Below, piece after piece: positions 37,801 through 53,175 of a DNA stretch of 64,000 nt. The notes beneath the pieces were generated by a model. The model saw only the letters and a program-made list of their open reading frames with translations. It was not told the DNA's origin and did not search any database. Location of the stretch: contig CM000154.2 of NCBI GenBank assembly GCA_000004695.1, forward strand, positions 4,672,001 to 4,736,000, given 5' to 3'. Position 1 is the first letter of the stretch, and each line of letters opens with the position of its first letter. Source of the DNA: Dictyostelium discoideum (Eukaryota). The translations under genes were made by a program, and so were the position numbers.

Positions 37801-38715
37801 TTAAAAAAAAAAAAAGATCAATTGAGAGTTTTTGTGAGAATTTTTTTTTTAGGCTAGATTTATATAAAAAAGGAAATATTATTATTTTTTTTCCTATGAA
37901 ATAATCTACAAGACTAAAATTCTTTTTTTGGTTTTTCCACAAACGTGTTTTCTTATTTTGATTTCTTTTTTTTTGTTTGATTTGTGTTTGCATTTTTTAT
38001 TATGAATAAACTATTAACTAAATCAAATACTCCTATAAAATATATTAATAAACCATAAAGTTTCCATAATAAATTATTAATATTTTTATTTTTTATTATT
38101 TTTTATAATACCAAAGAAAATGGAATCACTATTGTTTGTATTTAATGAATCAATTGTTACATCAGTTCAAATATAATTTTTTTTTTTTCTTTTTTTTAAA
38201 TCACTTTTAATTTTATAAAATTTTGGTTTATTATTTTTATTATTATTTTTTTATTTTTTTTCAAATCACTTTTTTTATGGGTGTGAGTTCCAATAAACCA
38301 CATGTTGAATTTACAAACACACTCAAACACACATGAACACACATTTAAAAAAATAAGTTTTTCTTATTTTTTAACAACTCCACCATACCCCAAATTTATT
38401 TTTGGTTTATTCTATCTCAATTTAAGAATTATTTATGGTTTATTAAAATTAAAATTAGAATTAAAAAAATTATTAATTATTTATTTTTAAATTTTTTTTT
38501 TTTTTCCAAAAATTTCCCTTTTTTTTTTTTTTTTTTTTTTTATTCTCTTTATTATTATTTTATTTATATTAATTTCTATATATTCTTTATTTTAATTTCT
38601 TTTTATTATTATCTTTTATTATTTATTTTTATAATTATTATTTTTTATTTTTTATAATTAATATTTTTTTTTTTTTTTTTATTATTATTTTTACAAATAA
38701 ATAATTTTTGAAAAA

Positions 38716-40193
38716 ATGTCAATTGATATAAAATTTACAATTAATGATATTTTATTTAATCAAGAATCATTACAAAAGAAAAATAAATATACATGTCCAA
38801 TTTGTTTTGAATTTATTTATAAAAAACAAATTTATCAATGTAAATCAGGTCATCATGCATGTAAAGAATGTTGGGAGAAATCATTAGAAACAAAAAAAGA
38901 ATGTATGACTTGTAAATCAGTAGTGAATTCATATAATGATTTATCAAGATGTTTGATGGTAGAGCGTGCATTTGATAAAAAAGAATGTTGTTGTATTTAC
39001 TCATTCACCGAACAAATAGTTCAAGGTGGAACAAATTGTTCACCACCAGATGGTGCCTCAGACCAAAATCAAAGAAAATTAATAAAAGATGAAGAAAATG
39101 GTTGTAAAGAAAAAATTGAAGTTGATCAAATTGATTCTCATTTAATCAATTGTCAATATAAATTTGTTACATGTTCATTCAAAGGATGTGAAAAGATTTT
39201 AAGAATGAATTCATTAGAATCTCATCAAAATGAATGTGGTTTCAAATTGGTTATATGTGATTTCTGTAAAAGGGATGATATTAAAAAGAAGGAATTAGAA
39301 ACTCATTATAAGACATGTCCAATGGTTCCAATTGATTGCTCACAAGGTTGTTCAGTGAAAATTGAAAGGAAATCAATTATCGATCATATTGAAAATGATT
39401 GTTGTAATACTCAAATACCATGTAAATATTTTGAACAAGGTTGTAAAGTTGAGATGAAGAGATCAGAATTACAAAATCATTTGGAGAGAGTGAATCATCA
39501 AACTTACATGGGCATTCTAATTGATAAATTAACAAATCAAGTTGGCCACTCAAAGAAAACTCATGATGAACTTTTGAAAAAGATTGAAGATTTGTCATTA
39601 TTAATTATCAAATTCAGTGATGCATGTTTAAAGAAACAAGTTCTTCCAAAGGCTTTGGATATTTGTTCAAATGGGTATAGAAATAAATGGATCATTTCTA
39701 ACTATTCAAGTTTAGCAAAATCAAAATTAAATTGTAAATCATTGTCCTCTCCAATACTGTTAATACTCTCTCACCATTTTCAAGTTTGTGTTTATCCTAA
39801 AGGTGATGAAAATAAAGAATACATTTCATTATATTTAAGAGTTAATAATATTGAAGAACCAAACTCATTAAAAGTAGAATATTCATTTACATTAGTCAAT
39901 GTTTTGGATAAATCAAAATCAATTACAAAAAGAGTAGATAAAATAGGTAATTTATACAAAAATTATTATTATTATTATTATTATTATTATTTTAATTTTT
40001 AATTAATTATTATTATTATTATTATTATTTTTTTATTTTAGTTTTTATAAGTCCAAAAGAATGGGGATGGGGAAAATTCTTATTATCTGATTTAATTAAT
40101 AAAGAGAATGGTTGGTTAAGTAATGATGATAAATTAACAATAGAAATTTATATTAAAATTTTAAATGAAGAATATGAACCATTGGAGTCTTAA
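38716..40193 (+). CDS. TRAF-like protein: RING finger + TRAF-type zinc fingers + C-terminal MATH domain, 2 exons
   Basis: RING '[41 protein letters not shown]'. TRAF zinc fingers (repeated 'C..GC....R..L..H...C'). MATH domain '[36 protein letters not shown]...ISLYLRV', donor GTAATT at 39947, exon 2 40042-40193 '[41 protein letters not shown]'. Confidence 0.8.
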
Positions 40194-40500
40194 ATCTTAA
40201 AAAACTGTAAACCATAAATTGATAAAATCATGTATTTCCCTATTTTTACAACTTAAAAAAAAAATATAAATAAATAAAAAAATCTTTCCAAATTATTTAA
40301 TGTTCAACTAGTTTTCAATTATTTTCTTAATAATCCTTAAACATTTTTTTTTTTTTTTTAATATGAAAAATAAAATATGCAAAAAAAAAAAATAAATAAA
40401 AAATATCCCGCCAATATTTTTTTTTTTATTTTATTTTTTTTGTTAAATAAAAAAAAAAAAAAAAAATGGTTATATACAAATTAAACACACCAAATAGAAA

Positions 40501-41902
40501 ATGAGGGGTAATAATTTAGATTACAAAAAAGCATATGAAGAACTTTTAGAAAAAGAAAAAGAACATCAAAAAGTTCTTTTAACTTTTAGAAAAACAAAAA
40601 GCATATGAAGAACTTTTAAAAAAAGAACATCAAGAAAAAGAAAAAGCATATGAAGAACTTTTAGATAAAGAAAAAGAACTTCAAGAAAAAGAAAAAGAAA
40701 ATCAAAAAAAAAGAAAAAGAAAGATCCATCAGACATCTTATTGATAATGGCATACCAAAGTGCATTATAACATCAACATCACAATCTTCGTCAAACCATG
40801 ATTCATGTCAATTACAACCTAGCACTTGGGTTGGGATACCAAATTTTGAAGATCTTTTAGAAAAGAATGGTGATAAAGAATCAAGTGTGTTGTCTCTTTA
40901 TAGAAACTCTGATACTTTCACTGCTCGTAATGAATATGAACTATATAATTTTACAAATCCTATTATTAGAGATGCTTTGAAATTATGTGGTCTTGAACAT
41001 GAAATTTCAATTGTTTCTCAAGAAGATATTGTTGGATTACAACCAGATCATTGGTTATTAAAATCAAAAACTAATTATATTGGTTTAATTCAAGTCGAAT
41101 GTAATGAAGATTCATTTCATGAACCAAAGGTCATTGGACAAATGTTTGATTATTTAATGGATCTTTCTTATCGTTTTGGCAAATTACAAGCATTTGGACT
41201 TTTATTAACATACAACAAAGCAATGACTGTATCCACACATGATTCACTAAAATCGGCAGCTGCTAATATTCAAACATCTGCTTTACCTGATCAAATTAGC
41301 AAAACTGTAAAAAATTATTATATGAAATTTATTTAGTCAAGTATTTAGGTGGTGGAGGCGATGGACATTGCTCTTATGCATTAGCAGAAGAGGGTCATAG
41401 TTTGGTTATAAAATCTTTCAATAACACAATTAAAAAAAGAAAAGAGATGAAGAAAGAAGATTATGGCACACCATTTGGGGAATTGAAACTCATAAAAACA
41501 TATGCAGCTAAAGATCATTTGGTAATGCCATTCATAAAACCAATTGGAAATGATGATTATAATAGTACAGATTTTATGGATTTAATATCTACTGCAGCAG
41601 ATACTTTCTCAAGTAAAGGTTATGAACATATGGATTTACACATTAGACATATTTGTAAATACAAAAAAAATGAAAAATGTGAATATATATTTATTGATTT
41701 ATCAAGAGTATCAAAAGTCACAGATAAAGATCAAGCAAAACAAAGAATGATTAATTGTATTTTAAAAGATTTAGAAAAAATCAGATATAATCATAGTTTA
41801 ACCGATAACGAACAACCAAACTCTTCCATTGCCCATGCAAATCTTGAACGATTTTCCAATCCTTTTACCATTCCTTTAACTCCAAATGATAAGTCCAAGT
41901 AA
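40501..41902 (+). pseudogene. Lineage-specific gene: N-terminal domain + atypical protein-kinase-like C-terminal domain; frame is broken at least twice (pseudogene or sequence errors)
   Basis: The N-terminus carries a local tandem triplication of 'KAYEELLEKEKE' with a frameshift. The middle domain 'NFEDLLEKNGDKESSVLSLYRNSDTFTARNEYELYNFTNPIIRDAL...HWLLKSKTNYIGLIQVECNEDSFHEPKVIGQMFDYLMDLSYRFGKLQAFGLLLTYNKAM' ends at a stop at 41336. A +1 frame continues 'VKYLGGGGDGHCSYALAEEGHSLVIKSF...GYEHMDLHIRHICKY...YIFIDLSRV' (Gly-loop / VAIK-like / HxD / DFG-like order) to 41902. No canonical intron bridges the break. Confidence 0.45.
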
Positions 41903-42180
41903 TTTATTTAATAAATAATTAATATAAAATTGTAAATAAACGTTATTAAATTGGGTTATAGCAGTGTTGGTAAATCCAATAATAAACATCAACATTAAAA
42001 AATATCGGTAATGATGATTCATTTATTGGTGCTGCTTTAATTTCATTTAATACTTTAATGAATTTAAATAAATAAAATAATAAAAAGATGGAATATTCCA
42101 ATTTGTGTAAAAAAAAAAGGTGTGTGTTTATTTAAATAAAAACTATTTCAAATAAAATTGATAATATTTTTCTTTAAAGT

Positions 42181-43143
42181 TTAGAGGATATCAGCTGGAC
42201 TAACTAAATTTTCTTTTTTATCGAAATACTATTATTTTTTTAAAAAGTATATAATAAAATATATTAATTTTAGTATTTTTATTTTTTATTTATTTATTTA
42301 TTTATTTATTAAATAATAATACACTTACTTTTGAATCATCATTATCCCAATAAATTACAAGAGTTTTACCATCTAATTTTGATTGGATATCTTTGTAAAT
42401 TCTAATTTCATCAACAGTTGAATATACTCCAAGAGCACCTAATTATTATTATTATTATTGTTGTTGTTGGTGTTTACATTAAATTATTAGTTTTATTTGA
42501 AAAAATTAAAAATTAAAAATTAAAAAATTAAAATTTTACCTGGTTTCATTAAATTAAGTGAAATATATTCAACATCTTTTGGGAAATCAATTCTGGTTGA
42601 ATCATATTTTAAATGCATATTTTTTTTACATGGTTTACCAGTACTATCACCAGCTTTGATTTCTTTGTAATCACTGCTTTTTGGGTCCAAGTAAATTCTA
42701 ACTGCTTTATTCCATCCAGTCTTTTCGTTAACAAGGATTCTATTATTATTATAATTTTAATAATATAAAAAAAAAAAAAAAAAAAAAAATGAAATAATTA
42801 ATTAAATATTATAAACAAAAACATTTTTAATTATTGTGGGTTTTTTTTTTATTTTTTATTATAATATCTTACAATCTAAAACCACCCTTTGGTCTTTTAT
42901 CATTGAATCTTAAATATTTAACTTCTAATTTATCGGCCTCTATAATGGGTAAAAATAAATAAATAAATAAATAAATAAGTTTTAAAATAAAAATAAAAAT
43001 AATATTATAAAAAAGAGAGAAATACCTTTGTCTGGTAAAAAACCTTTGATTTTATCAATAGCTGTTGAACCAATTGCAACAATACCACCAACAGCACCAA
43101 TTGCAGCTGCGACAGTTGTTAAAGTTAATGTAATGACTACCAT
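42181..43143 (-). CDS. Small single-pass (signal-anchor) membrane protein, tandem copy 1, 5 exons
   Basis: Exon translations 'MVVITLTLTTVAAAIGAVGGIVAIGSTAIDKIKGFLPDK' | 'EADKLEVKYLRFNDKRPKGGFRL' | 'LILVNEKTGWNKAVRIYLDPKSSDYKEIKAGDSTGKPCKKNMHLKYDSTRIDFPKDVEYISLNLMKPG' | 'GALGVYSTVDEIRIYKDIQSKLDGKTLVIYWDNDDSK' | 'YFDKKENLVSPADIL*'. Introns bounded by GTATTT/GTAAGA/GTAAAA/GTAAGT ...AG, phases consistent. Confidence 0.6.
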
Positions 43144-43785
43144 TTTTTTTTTTTTTTAATGATAAATTTGATTAAATAAATGAATATTTGATTTAAAAAA
43201 CAGTTATTTTAATAAAGTTTAAGTTAATTTTGATTAATTTTTTTTTTTTTTTTTTTTTTTTGACATTTTATAGTAAATTTTTTTTATTAGACTTAGATAT
43301 TATTATGCTGAGCATTTTTTTATTTTTATTTTTATTATTGGAAAATTGTTTAAAAAATAGTAAAAGCTTTGGTGATTGGTTATTTTGTAAAAAATCTTTA
43401 AATCTAAAGTTTTTTTTGAACTTGTGCGTGGTGTGAAAGTAATTTTTTTTTGTTTTTTTTTTTAAATTAAAAAAAAAAAAAAAAATGACACTTGCCAAAG
43501 ATCCAATCATCACTAAAAGATTTTTTAATTTGTAAAATTAAAAAAAAAAAAAATTATGTTGCGATTAAAATCTTTTTTTTTATTAAATTATTATATTTCA
43601 TTTATTTTAATTTTTATTTTTATTTTTTTTTAATTTTTTATAATAATTTTTTTTTTTTTTTTTTCTCTTAAGAATTTAAAAATTACGGAATCATATTATT
43701 GGATTACCAAAAGGTAAAAAAAAAAAAAAAAAAAAAAAAAGGAAATTTACGGAGTGTCTTTTTTATCATTTAAAAAAAAAAAATT

Positions 43786-43821
<36 letters not shown>

Positions 43822-44369
43822 TTTTAATAGTTGTGTAAAAAAAGAAATCATTTACCATCCTCAATTAGAAATAATATTACTTAATGTGTTAAAAATAATT
43901 TTTAAGATGTTGGAAATGGTTTTAATTTTTTTTTTTATTTTTTTTTATTTTATTTTATTTTATTTTATTTTTAATTTATTTTTTTTTACAACAGAGCCTC
44001 TTAAAATTAAGATATTAGTTTTGGGTAAATCATCAATAATTAATGTTTTTCTTACCAGATTGCGGTAATATAATTAATAATAAATTTATGAAAAATAAAA
44101 ACAAATGGCTGAGGAATGGTGTAAAAATCAATTCAACTCTATAATAATACTCATATACAATATATTGAAACTTCAACATTTAATAATTAATCATTTATTA
44201 GTGCTGCTTCAATTTCATTTAATATTAATCAATTTAAATATATAATTAAATAAATCATTGTAATATTAAAAAAATAAAAAGATGGAATATTCTTATTTAT
44301 GTAAAAAAATAATAAAAAAAAAGTGTGTGTGTTTATTTAAAATAAAATTATTTCAAATAAAATGATATT

Positions 44370-44480
44370 TTAGAGGATGTCAGCTGGACTAACTAAATTT
44401 TCTAGTCTATCGAAATACTATTATTTTATTAAAAAATAAAAAAAATTTATTATAGTATTTATTTATTTTAAAAAAAGTAA

Positions 44481-44575
<95 letters not shown>

Positions 44576-45001
44576 ACTTACTTTTGAATCATTATTATCC
44601 CAATAAATTACAAGAGTTTTACCATCTAATTTTGATTGAAGATCTTTGTTAACTCTAATTTCATTAACAGTTGAATACACTCCAAAAGCACCTATTTATT
44701 ATTTATATTATTATTATTATTGTTACATTTAAATTTTATTAGTTTTATTTTATTTTATTTTATTTGAAAATTTTTAAAAAAAAACATACCTGGTTTCATT
44801 AAATTAAGAGTAAAGTATTCAACATCTTTTGGGAAATCAATTCTAGTTGAATCGTATTTTAAATGTGTGTTTTTTTTACATTGTTTACCAGTACTATCAC
44901 CAGCTTTGATTTCTCTGTAATCACTGCCACCTGGTTTCATGTAAATTCTAACTGCTTTATTCCATCCAGTCTTTTCATTAACAAGGATTCTATTGGGTGT
45001 G

Positions 45002-45088
<87 letters not shown>

Positions 45089-45497
45089 TTTATATAAAAA
45101 AAAAAAAAAAAATTAATAATTAATTGTTAGTGTTTTTTTTTTTTTTTTTTTATATTTTTTCAGAAATTATTTTATCTTACAATCTAAAACCACCTTTTGG
45201 TCTTTTATCATTGAATCTTAAATATTTTATTTCTGATTTATCAGCATCTATAATGAAAAAATAAAAATTAAAAAATAAAAAATAAAAAATAAAAAATAAA
45301 AATGATTATAAGTTTTAAAATAAAAATAAAAATTAAAAATGGAAATTGGAATAATAAAAAAAAAAAAAGAGAAAAATACCTTTATCTGGTATAAAACCTT
45401 TGATTGTGTCAACAGCTGTTGAACCGATCATAGCAATACCACCAGCAATACAAATTGCAGCCCCGACAGTTGTTAAAACTAATGTAACGACTACCAT
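44370..45497 (-). CDS. Small single-pass membrane protein, tandem copy 2 (paralog of 42181-43143)
   Basis: Same five-exon structure: 'MVVVTLVLTTVGAAICIAGGIAMIGSTAVDTIKGFIPDK' | 'DADKSEIKYLRFNDKRPKGGFRL' | '...ILVNEKTGWNKAVRIYMKPGGSDYREIKAGDSTGKQCKKNTHLKYDSTRIDFPKDVEYFTLNLMKPG' | 'GAFGVYSTVNEIRVNKDLQSKLDGKTLVIYWDNNDSK' | 'YFDRLENLVSPADIL*'. The fourth intron is expanded by an (AAT)n tract (44488-44572). Confidence 0.6.
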
Positions 45498-45995
45498 TTT
45501 TTTTTTTATTGATAAATTATTTGATTTAAAAAAATAGTTATTACACTAAGTTAAAGTTTATTTTGAATTTTAAAAATGATTTATTTTTTTTTATTTTTTT
45601 TTTTGACATTTTATAGTAATTTTTTTTGTTGGATTTACATATTATTGGAAAAATGTTAAAAAAATAGTAAAAGTTTTGATGATTGGTTATTTTGTAAAAA
45701 ATCTTTAAATATAAAGTTTTTTTTGAATTTGTTAACAAAAGACTTTTGTGTCATGAACAAATTCAAAAAAATCGCAAAAAAAATTTTATTTTTCATTTAA
45801 AAAAAAAAAAGGTAAAAATTTTATATGGCCATTAAAATCTTTTTTTTTAACAGGCGAAACAGGGCCGGCTTAATTATTATATTTTATTTAATTTATTTTT
45901 TATTTTTCTCATAAAAATTTAAAAAATTATGAAATCTGTATAAAAAATCGAATTATTTGTTTACCAAAAGGTTTCTTATCATACGAAAAAAAATA

Positions 45996-46044
<49 letters not shown>

Positions 46045-46493
46045 TTAATAACACCTATTTTTATATTATTTATTTAATATTAAAATAGGTGTTATTTGAT
46101 TATCTAATATTCTATTAATTTTTTTTATTTCCATAAATAAATTTTAATTTTTTTTTTGTTTTTTTTTTTTCTTTAAACTTGGTAGAAATGATTTTACAAA
46201 TAAAATGTCATAGCGAAATTTTAAAACTATAAATAGTTTTAACCCCTTTTCGAATTAATTTTTACTCTTTTAAAATCTTAAAAAAAAAATAAAAAAAAAA
46301 TTAATATATTTCCCCCTTTTGGTAATAAAATTACTAAAAATGAGTTTTACTTTTTTTTTTTTTTTTTTTTTTTTATAAATTAAATTTTTTTTTTTTATAT
46401 ATCTAGAAAATTAAAAAAAATTTATTTAAATTTATATTTATATAAAATAATAAAATTATTTATTTGTTGGAATAACAAATAAAATAATAAAAA

Positions 46494-48165
46494 ATGAAGT
46501 ATAATATAATATTATTATTTATAATATTTTTATTAAGTTTTATGAATTTTGGTGTAAATGCAAATTCATATGATTTTACAGATTTTCCAAATGCATCAAT
46601 TGTTATCACTTGGAATAATTTATTATTAAATGCAATTCATAAAGCAAGTCCACCTCCAACAGTAGTTTCAAGAAGTCTTTCAATGGTTCATACAGCAATA
46701 TATGATTCATGGGCATACTATACAAATTCTAAAGGTGTTTATTTAATTGGTGAATCAAATTGTTCAACAATACCAAAAAATAAAAATGATAATGATATTA
46801 AAAAATCAATTTCATTTGCAGCATATAGAACTTTAGTTGATTTATATCCACTATCAATGTAAATAAATAATATTATTTATTAAAAATAATTATAATAATA
46901 ATAACATATAATAAAAAAAATAGGTATTAATACTATTTATTTTGAAAATAAGTGATAATTATAATGAAAAAATGAAAAATTTAGGATATGATATAAATGA
47001 TATTAATTTAAATTTAGATAATTCAGTTGGTATTGGAAATAAAGCATCAAAATTATTATTAGAGAATAGATGGTTGGATGGATCAAATCAAAAGGCAATT
47101 TATGGTGGTAAAAATTATAGTGATTGGACTAATTATGCACCAAGAAATGATGCTCAACCATCTAAATTAAGAAAACCTGATAATTGGCAACCGTTATCTG
47201 TACCTGTTAAAAACTCAACTTTATTTACAATACAATCATTTTCAACACCACAATGGGGTAGTGTGAAACCATTTTCATTATTATCAGGCTCACAATTGAG
47301 ACCAACAATACCACCACCTTACTATTCATTCAATGATCAAAATAATAATAAAACAATTGAGAAATTAAAGAATTCAGCATGGGAGTTAATTGGATATACT
47401 CAAAATATGACAGATGAAATTAAAGCGATTGCAGAGTATTTTGGTGATGGTCCAAATTCAGTATTGCCACCAGGTCATTGGAATTTATTTGCACAATTTG
47501 TATCAAAACGTGATAATCATTCAATTGAACAAGATGTTAAATTATACTTTATGTTAAATAATGCTCAATTAGATTCAGGAATCGCATGTTGGGATTGTAA
47601 AAGATTCTTTGATAATGCTAGACCTGTTACAATGATTCCAGTTCTATTTAAAGGTGTTAAAATAACTGGTTGGAATGGTATTTGTAAAGAAAATGTTGAA
47701 TTTGATTTATCTAATTGGATACCATATCAAGATCCATATGTTATTACTCCACCATTTTCAGATTAGTAAGTAGTAATAAATTAATTAATTTTAATTTATT
47801 TCATTTAATTTATTTTAATTTATTTTATTAATTTATTTATTTTTAGTACAAGTGGACATAGTACATTTTCATCATCAGCAGCAGAAATTTTAAAAAGGTT
47901 TACCGGTAGTGATAAATTTGGTAATTCGGTTACAATTAAAGCTGGATCATCAATTTTTGAAACCAACTGTTCATTTCCAGTACCAAAAACTGATATTAAC
48001 TTATATTGGGAAACATTTACAGATGCTGCACAACAAGCATGCATTTCAAGACGTTATGGAGGTATACATTATGATTTTTCAGATTATGAAGCAAGAAAAA
48101 TGGGTAGGAAAATTGGTGAAATGGTTTGGGATAAATCTCAATCGTTATTTAATAATATAGATTGA
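46494..48165 (+). CDS. Secreted vanadium-haloperoxidase / PAP2 (acid phosphatase) superfamily protein, 3 exons
   Basis: Signal peptide 'MKYNIILLFIIFLLSFMNFGVNA'. The N-terminal region 'ITWNNLLLNAIHKASPPPTVVSRSLSMVHTAIYDSWAYY' resembles bacterial/fungal vanadium haloperoxidase-like proteins. The three PAP2/haloperoxidase active-site motifs are in order: 'CKRFFDNARP' (K-x6-RP), 'PPFSDYTSGHSTFS' (PSGH), 'ISRRYGGIHYDFSD' (SR-x5-H-x3-D-like). Exons 46494-46858 (donor GTAAAT), 46953-47765 (donor GTAAGT), 47847-48165; phases consistent. Confidence 0.7.
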
Positions 48166-48397
48166 AAAATAATAAAAAAAAAAAAAAAAAAATTCCTTAA
48201 AAATATTTTTTTTACAAACACTAACTTCAATTGTTTAAATTTCTGAAATACAGTTTTTTTTTTTTTTTCAATTTTTTTTTTTTTTTTATATTATCAAAAA
48301 AAAGAAATCATTGAAAAAATTTTTTGTTTATAAAAAAAAAAAAAAAAAATTTTTATTTTATTTTATTTGCTCATTCCCACCACTATTAAACACACAA

Positions 48398-50491
<2,094 letters not shown>

Positions 50492-50548
50492 TAAACATGA
50501 TAAAATTTAAATTATCAATCCTGTATCATACAAATAATTATTTGTGTT

Positions 50549-50589
<41 letters not shown>

Positions 50590-50734
50590 ATAATTTAATT
50601 TACAAGTTTATTTTATTGCCTTTTTTTCTTTTTTTTTTTTTTCTTTTTGCTGTTATTGTTATTGTTATTGTGTTTGAAATTATTACTTTTCCTATTAGTA
50701 TTATTACTATCATAAAATATGATTAAATTGAAAA

Positions 50735-50778
<44 letters not shown>

Positions 50779-50779
50779 T

Positions 50780-51184
50780 CTAACCTCTTGATGAAAAACC
50801 TTGTCTAATTGGTCTAGTGAAATTCTTTTTAATATTTGTAAAATTCCAAGATTTTGCTGTATCTTCTTTAATTGAAACTATAGAGATTGATTTATCATAT
50901 GAACCAAACCAAACGAATGGATCACCACCCTTTAAATTTGGTACTTCAATAATTGAAGAAACTACATCTGAATGATAACCTTTATAATCGATTAAAATCT
51001 CTTTATTCTTTGGATCACCAGGGAATACTCTAACTGTTGTATCCCAAAATCCAATCCAAATCTCTCTATTAATTGATGCGATATGAAATATTTTATCCCA
51101 ACCTTGGTTTAAAATTTTATGTTCAAGTTTAAATGTCTTTTAAAAAAAAATAAAAAAAATTAATAATTTAATTAAAAAAATTTA

Positions 51185-51271
<87 letters not shown>

Positions 51272-52706
51272 TACCTTTGAATTAAAAATTTGAATTGAAC
51301 CTTCATCACCACCAATCCAAATATATTCAGTATCATCAATTTCAATACAAGCCATTCTTTTTGGTCTTTTCTCTTGAATTTCACATTGATGAATAGTTTC
51401 TTTAGTTTTTGTATCCCATACATATAGAGTTTTCTCAGAGGAACAACCCCAAATTCTATTTTGACCTACTTTACACATTGCAAGTATTATAATACCTTTC
51501 ATAAATAAATTTGTACCAATTGGTTTTAAAAGTTCACCACCACCAGCACCATTACTATTATTATCATCTGAAGTACAATTTGATGGTGCAATTGATGGTA
51601 TACCATCTAATGAATAAATATTTAAAACTTGTGGACCACCAACCCAAATTTCCTTATTTTGAGATTCACATAATGAATATGATTCACCTGGTATCTCACC
51701 AATGAGTCCACCATCAATATCCCAAATTGCCAGTTTTTGAGAAGTTGCTGTCCAAACTGTATTATTAACTGTCGTACTAATCATTTGATAAACTGCACCA
51801 CCACCACCTTTACTTTGATCCACTACTTCAACCTCTTTTATAAATTGTTGATTCTGACTATCCCAAATTCTTGCCATACCATGTGAATCTAAACTCCAAA
51901 CTCTTGATCCTGATAATTCACTATTACCATTACTATTACTACTACCACATAATGTCATCCATTGAATTGATTTATTATGACCTAATAATTTTGAATGAAT
52001 TACTAATTTTTTACCACCAAAATTAAAAGTTGGAATTGAAGCAGGATTACTATTAATTGGTGTATTTGATAGAACAGCAGGTGAAGTTGTTTGTAATGGT
52101 TCTTCAAATAGGGTATCATAATGGAGTATCATTTGTTCCGTTATGAAATTAACTTTCTCACTTGTACTCTGTAAAATTTGAATATCCAATGGACCTGTCT
52201 CTTTTTTCCAAAATAAATTTGGTCCAAATACTCTACTCAAATTCGATGGTCCCATTAAATTCACTGTTTGATTCATTGCTACAAATCTTAAAAAGTGAAT
52301 TAAATGTTGTAATAAATTTCTATTATTAACTGGTAAATTACTATTAATTAATTTCTTTAAAACTTCAAATCCATTTTCTTTACATTGTTGAAAATTAATT
52401 TGATCTAAAATAAAAATAAAAAATAAAAAAAAAAATAATTAGTATACAATAGCTATTAATAATAATAATAAGATAAAACCCATACCAGAAGCAGCTAAAA
52501 ATAAATCATATAATGCATTTGTACAAATTGGTTCAGGTAAATCACGTAAAAATTGTTTTAATAAAACTGTTAAAACATGAGGATTATCATCTCTTGATGT
52601 TGAATAATCACCTAAATTTACAATTCCTCTTCTATTTTGAATTTCCATTTGACTACCACTAATCCTAAATAAACCTTCAACTCCTAATGAATGTAAAAAT
52701 AATGTC

Positions 52707-52738
<32 letters not shown>

Positions 52739-53134
52739 TAGTAATTGATTGGAGGAAATATATATTATATATATAATATTATGTAAAAATTTTACATTTA
52801 AAATATTTGATACAAATGTTGGAATTCTTAATTCCATTGATTTCTCTTTTGCAATTAATGTATCTAATGAAATACCAAATACAATTGGATTTGATGGTAC
52901 TGATGGTGGTTGTTGAATATCTGGTGATGTTGTAATTTGTAAATTCTTTAAACTAGCATGATGTGTTAATCCAATCTGAGACAATGATGGTGATGATAAA
53001 TTCACTGTTGATGATTTTTGTAATAAATTCATTGATGATGAACTTTGTTTATTTGGTGTAACAAAGTTCTTTTTATTTAATGATTCTTCATACTTTTTAA
53101 TTTTATTCTAAATTTAATTGAATAAATTGAATTT

Positions 53135-53175
<41 letters not shown>

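Noticed and set aside
41300-41345. A 29-41-nt 'intron' (GTAAAAATTATTATATGAAATTTATTTAG) that would repair the frame break in the 40501-41902 gene
   Set aside because: It is far shorter than any other intron in the window (70 bp or more). It still yields a stop in one phase and an implausible junction in the other.
46494-48165. Possibility that the haloperoxidase-like gene is bacterial contamination
   Set aside because: The gene has a eukaryotic signal peptide, two AT-rich GTAAAT/GTAAGT...AG introns with consistent phases, and host-like AT-rich codon usage with Asn-rich linkers. It is embedded in host sequence on both sides.
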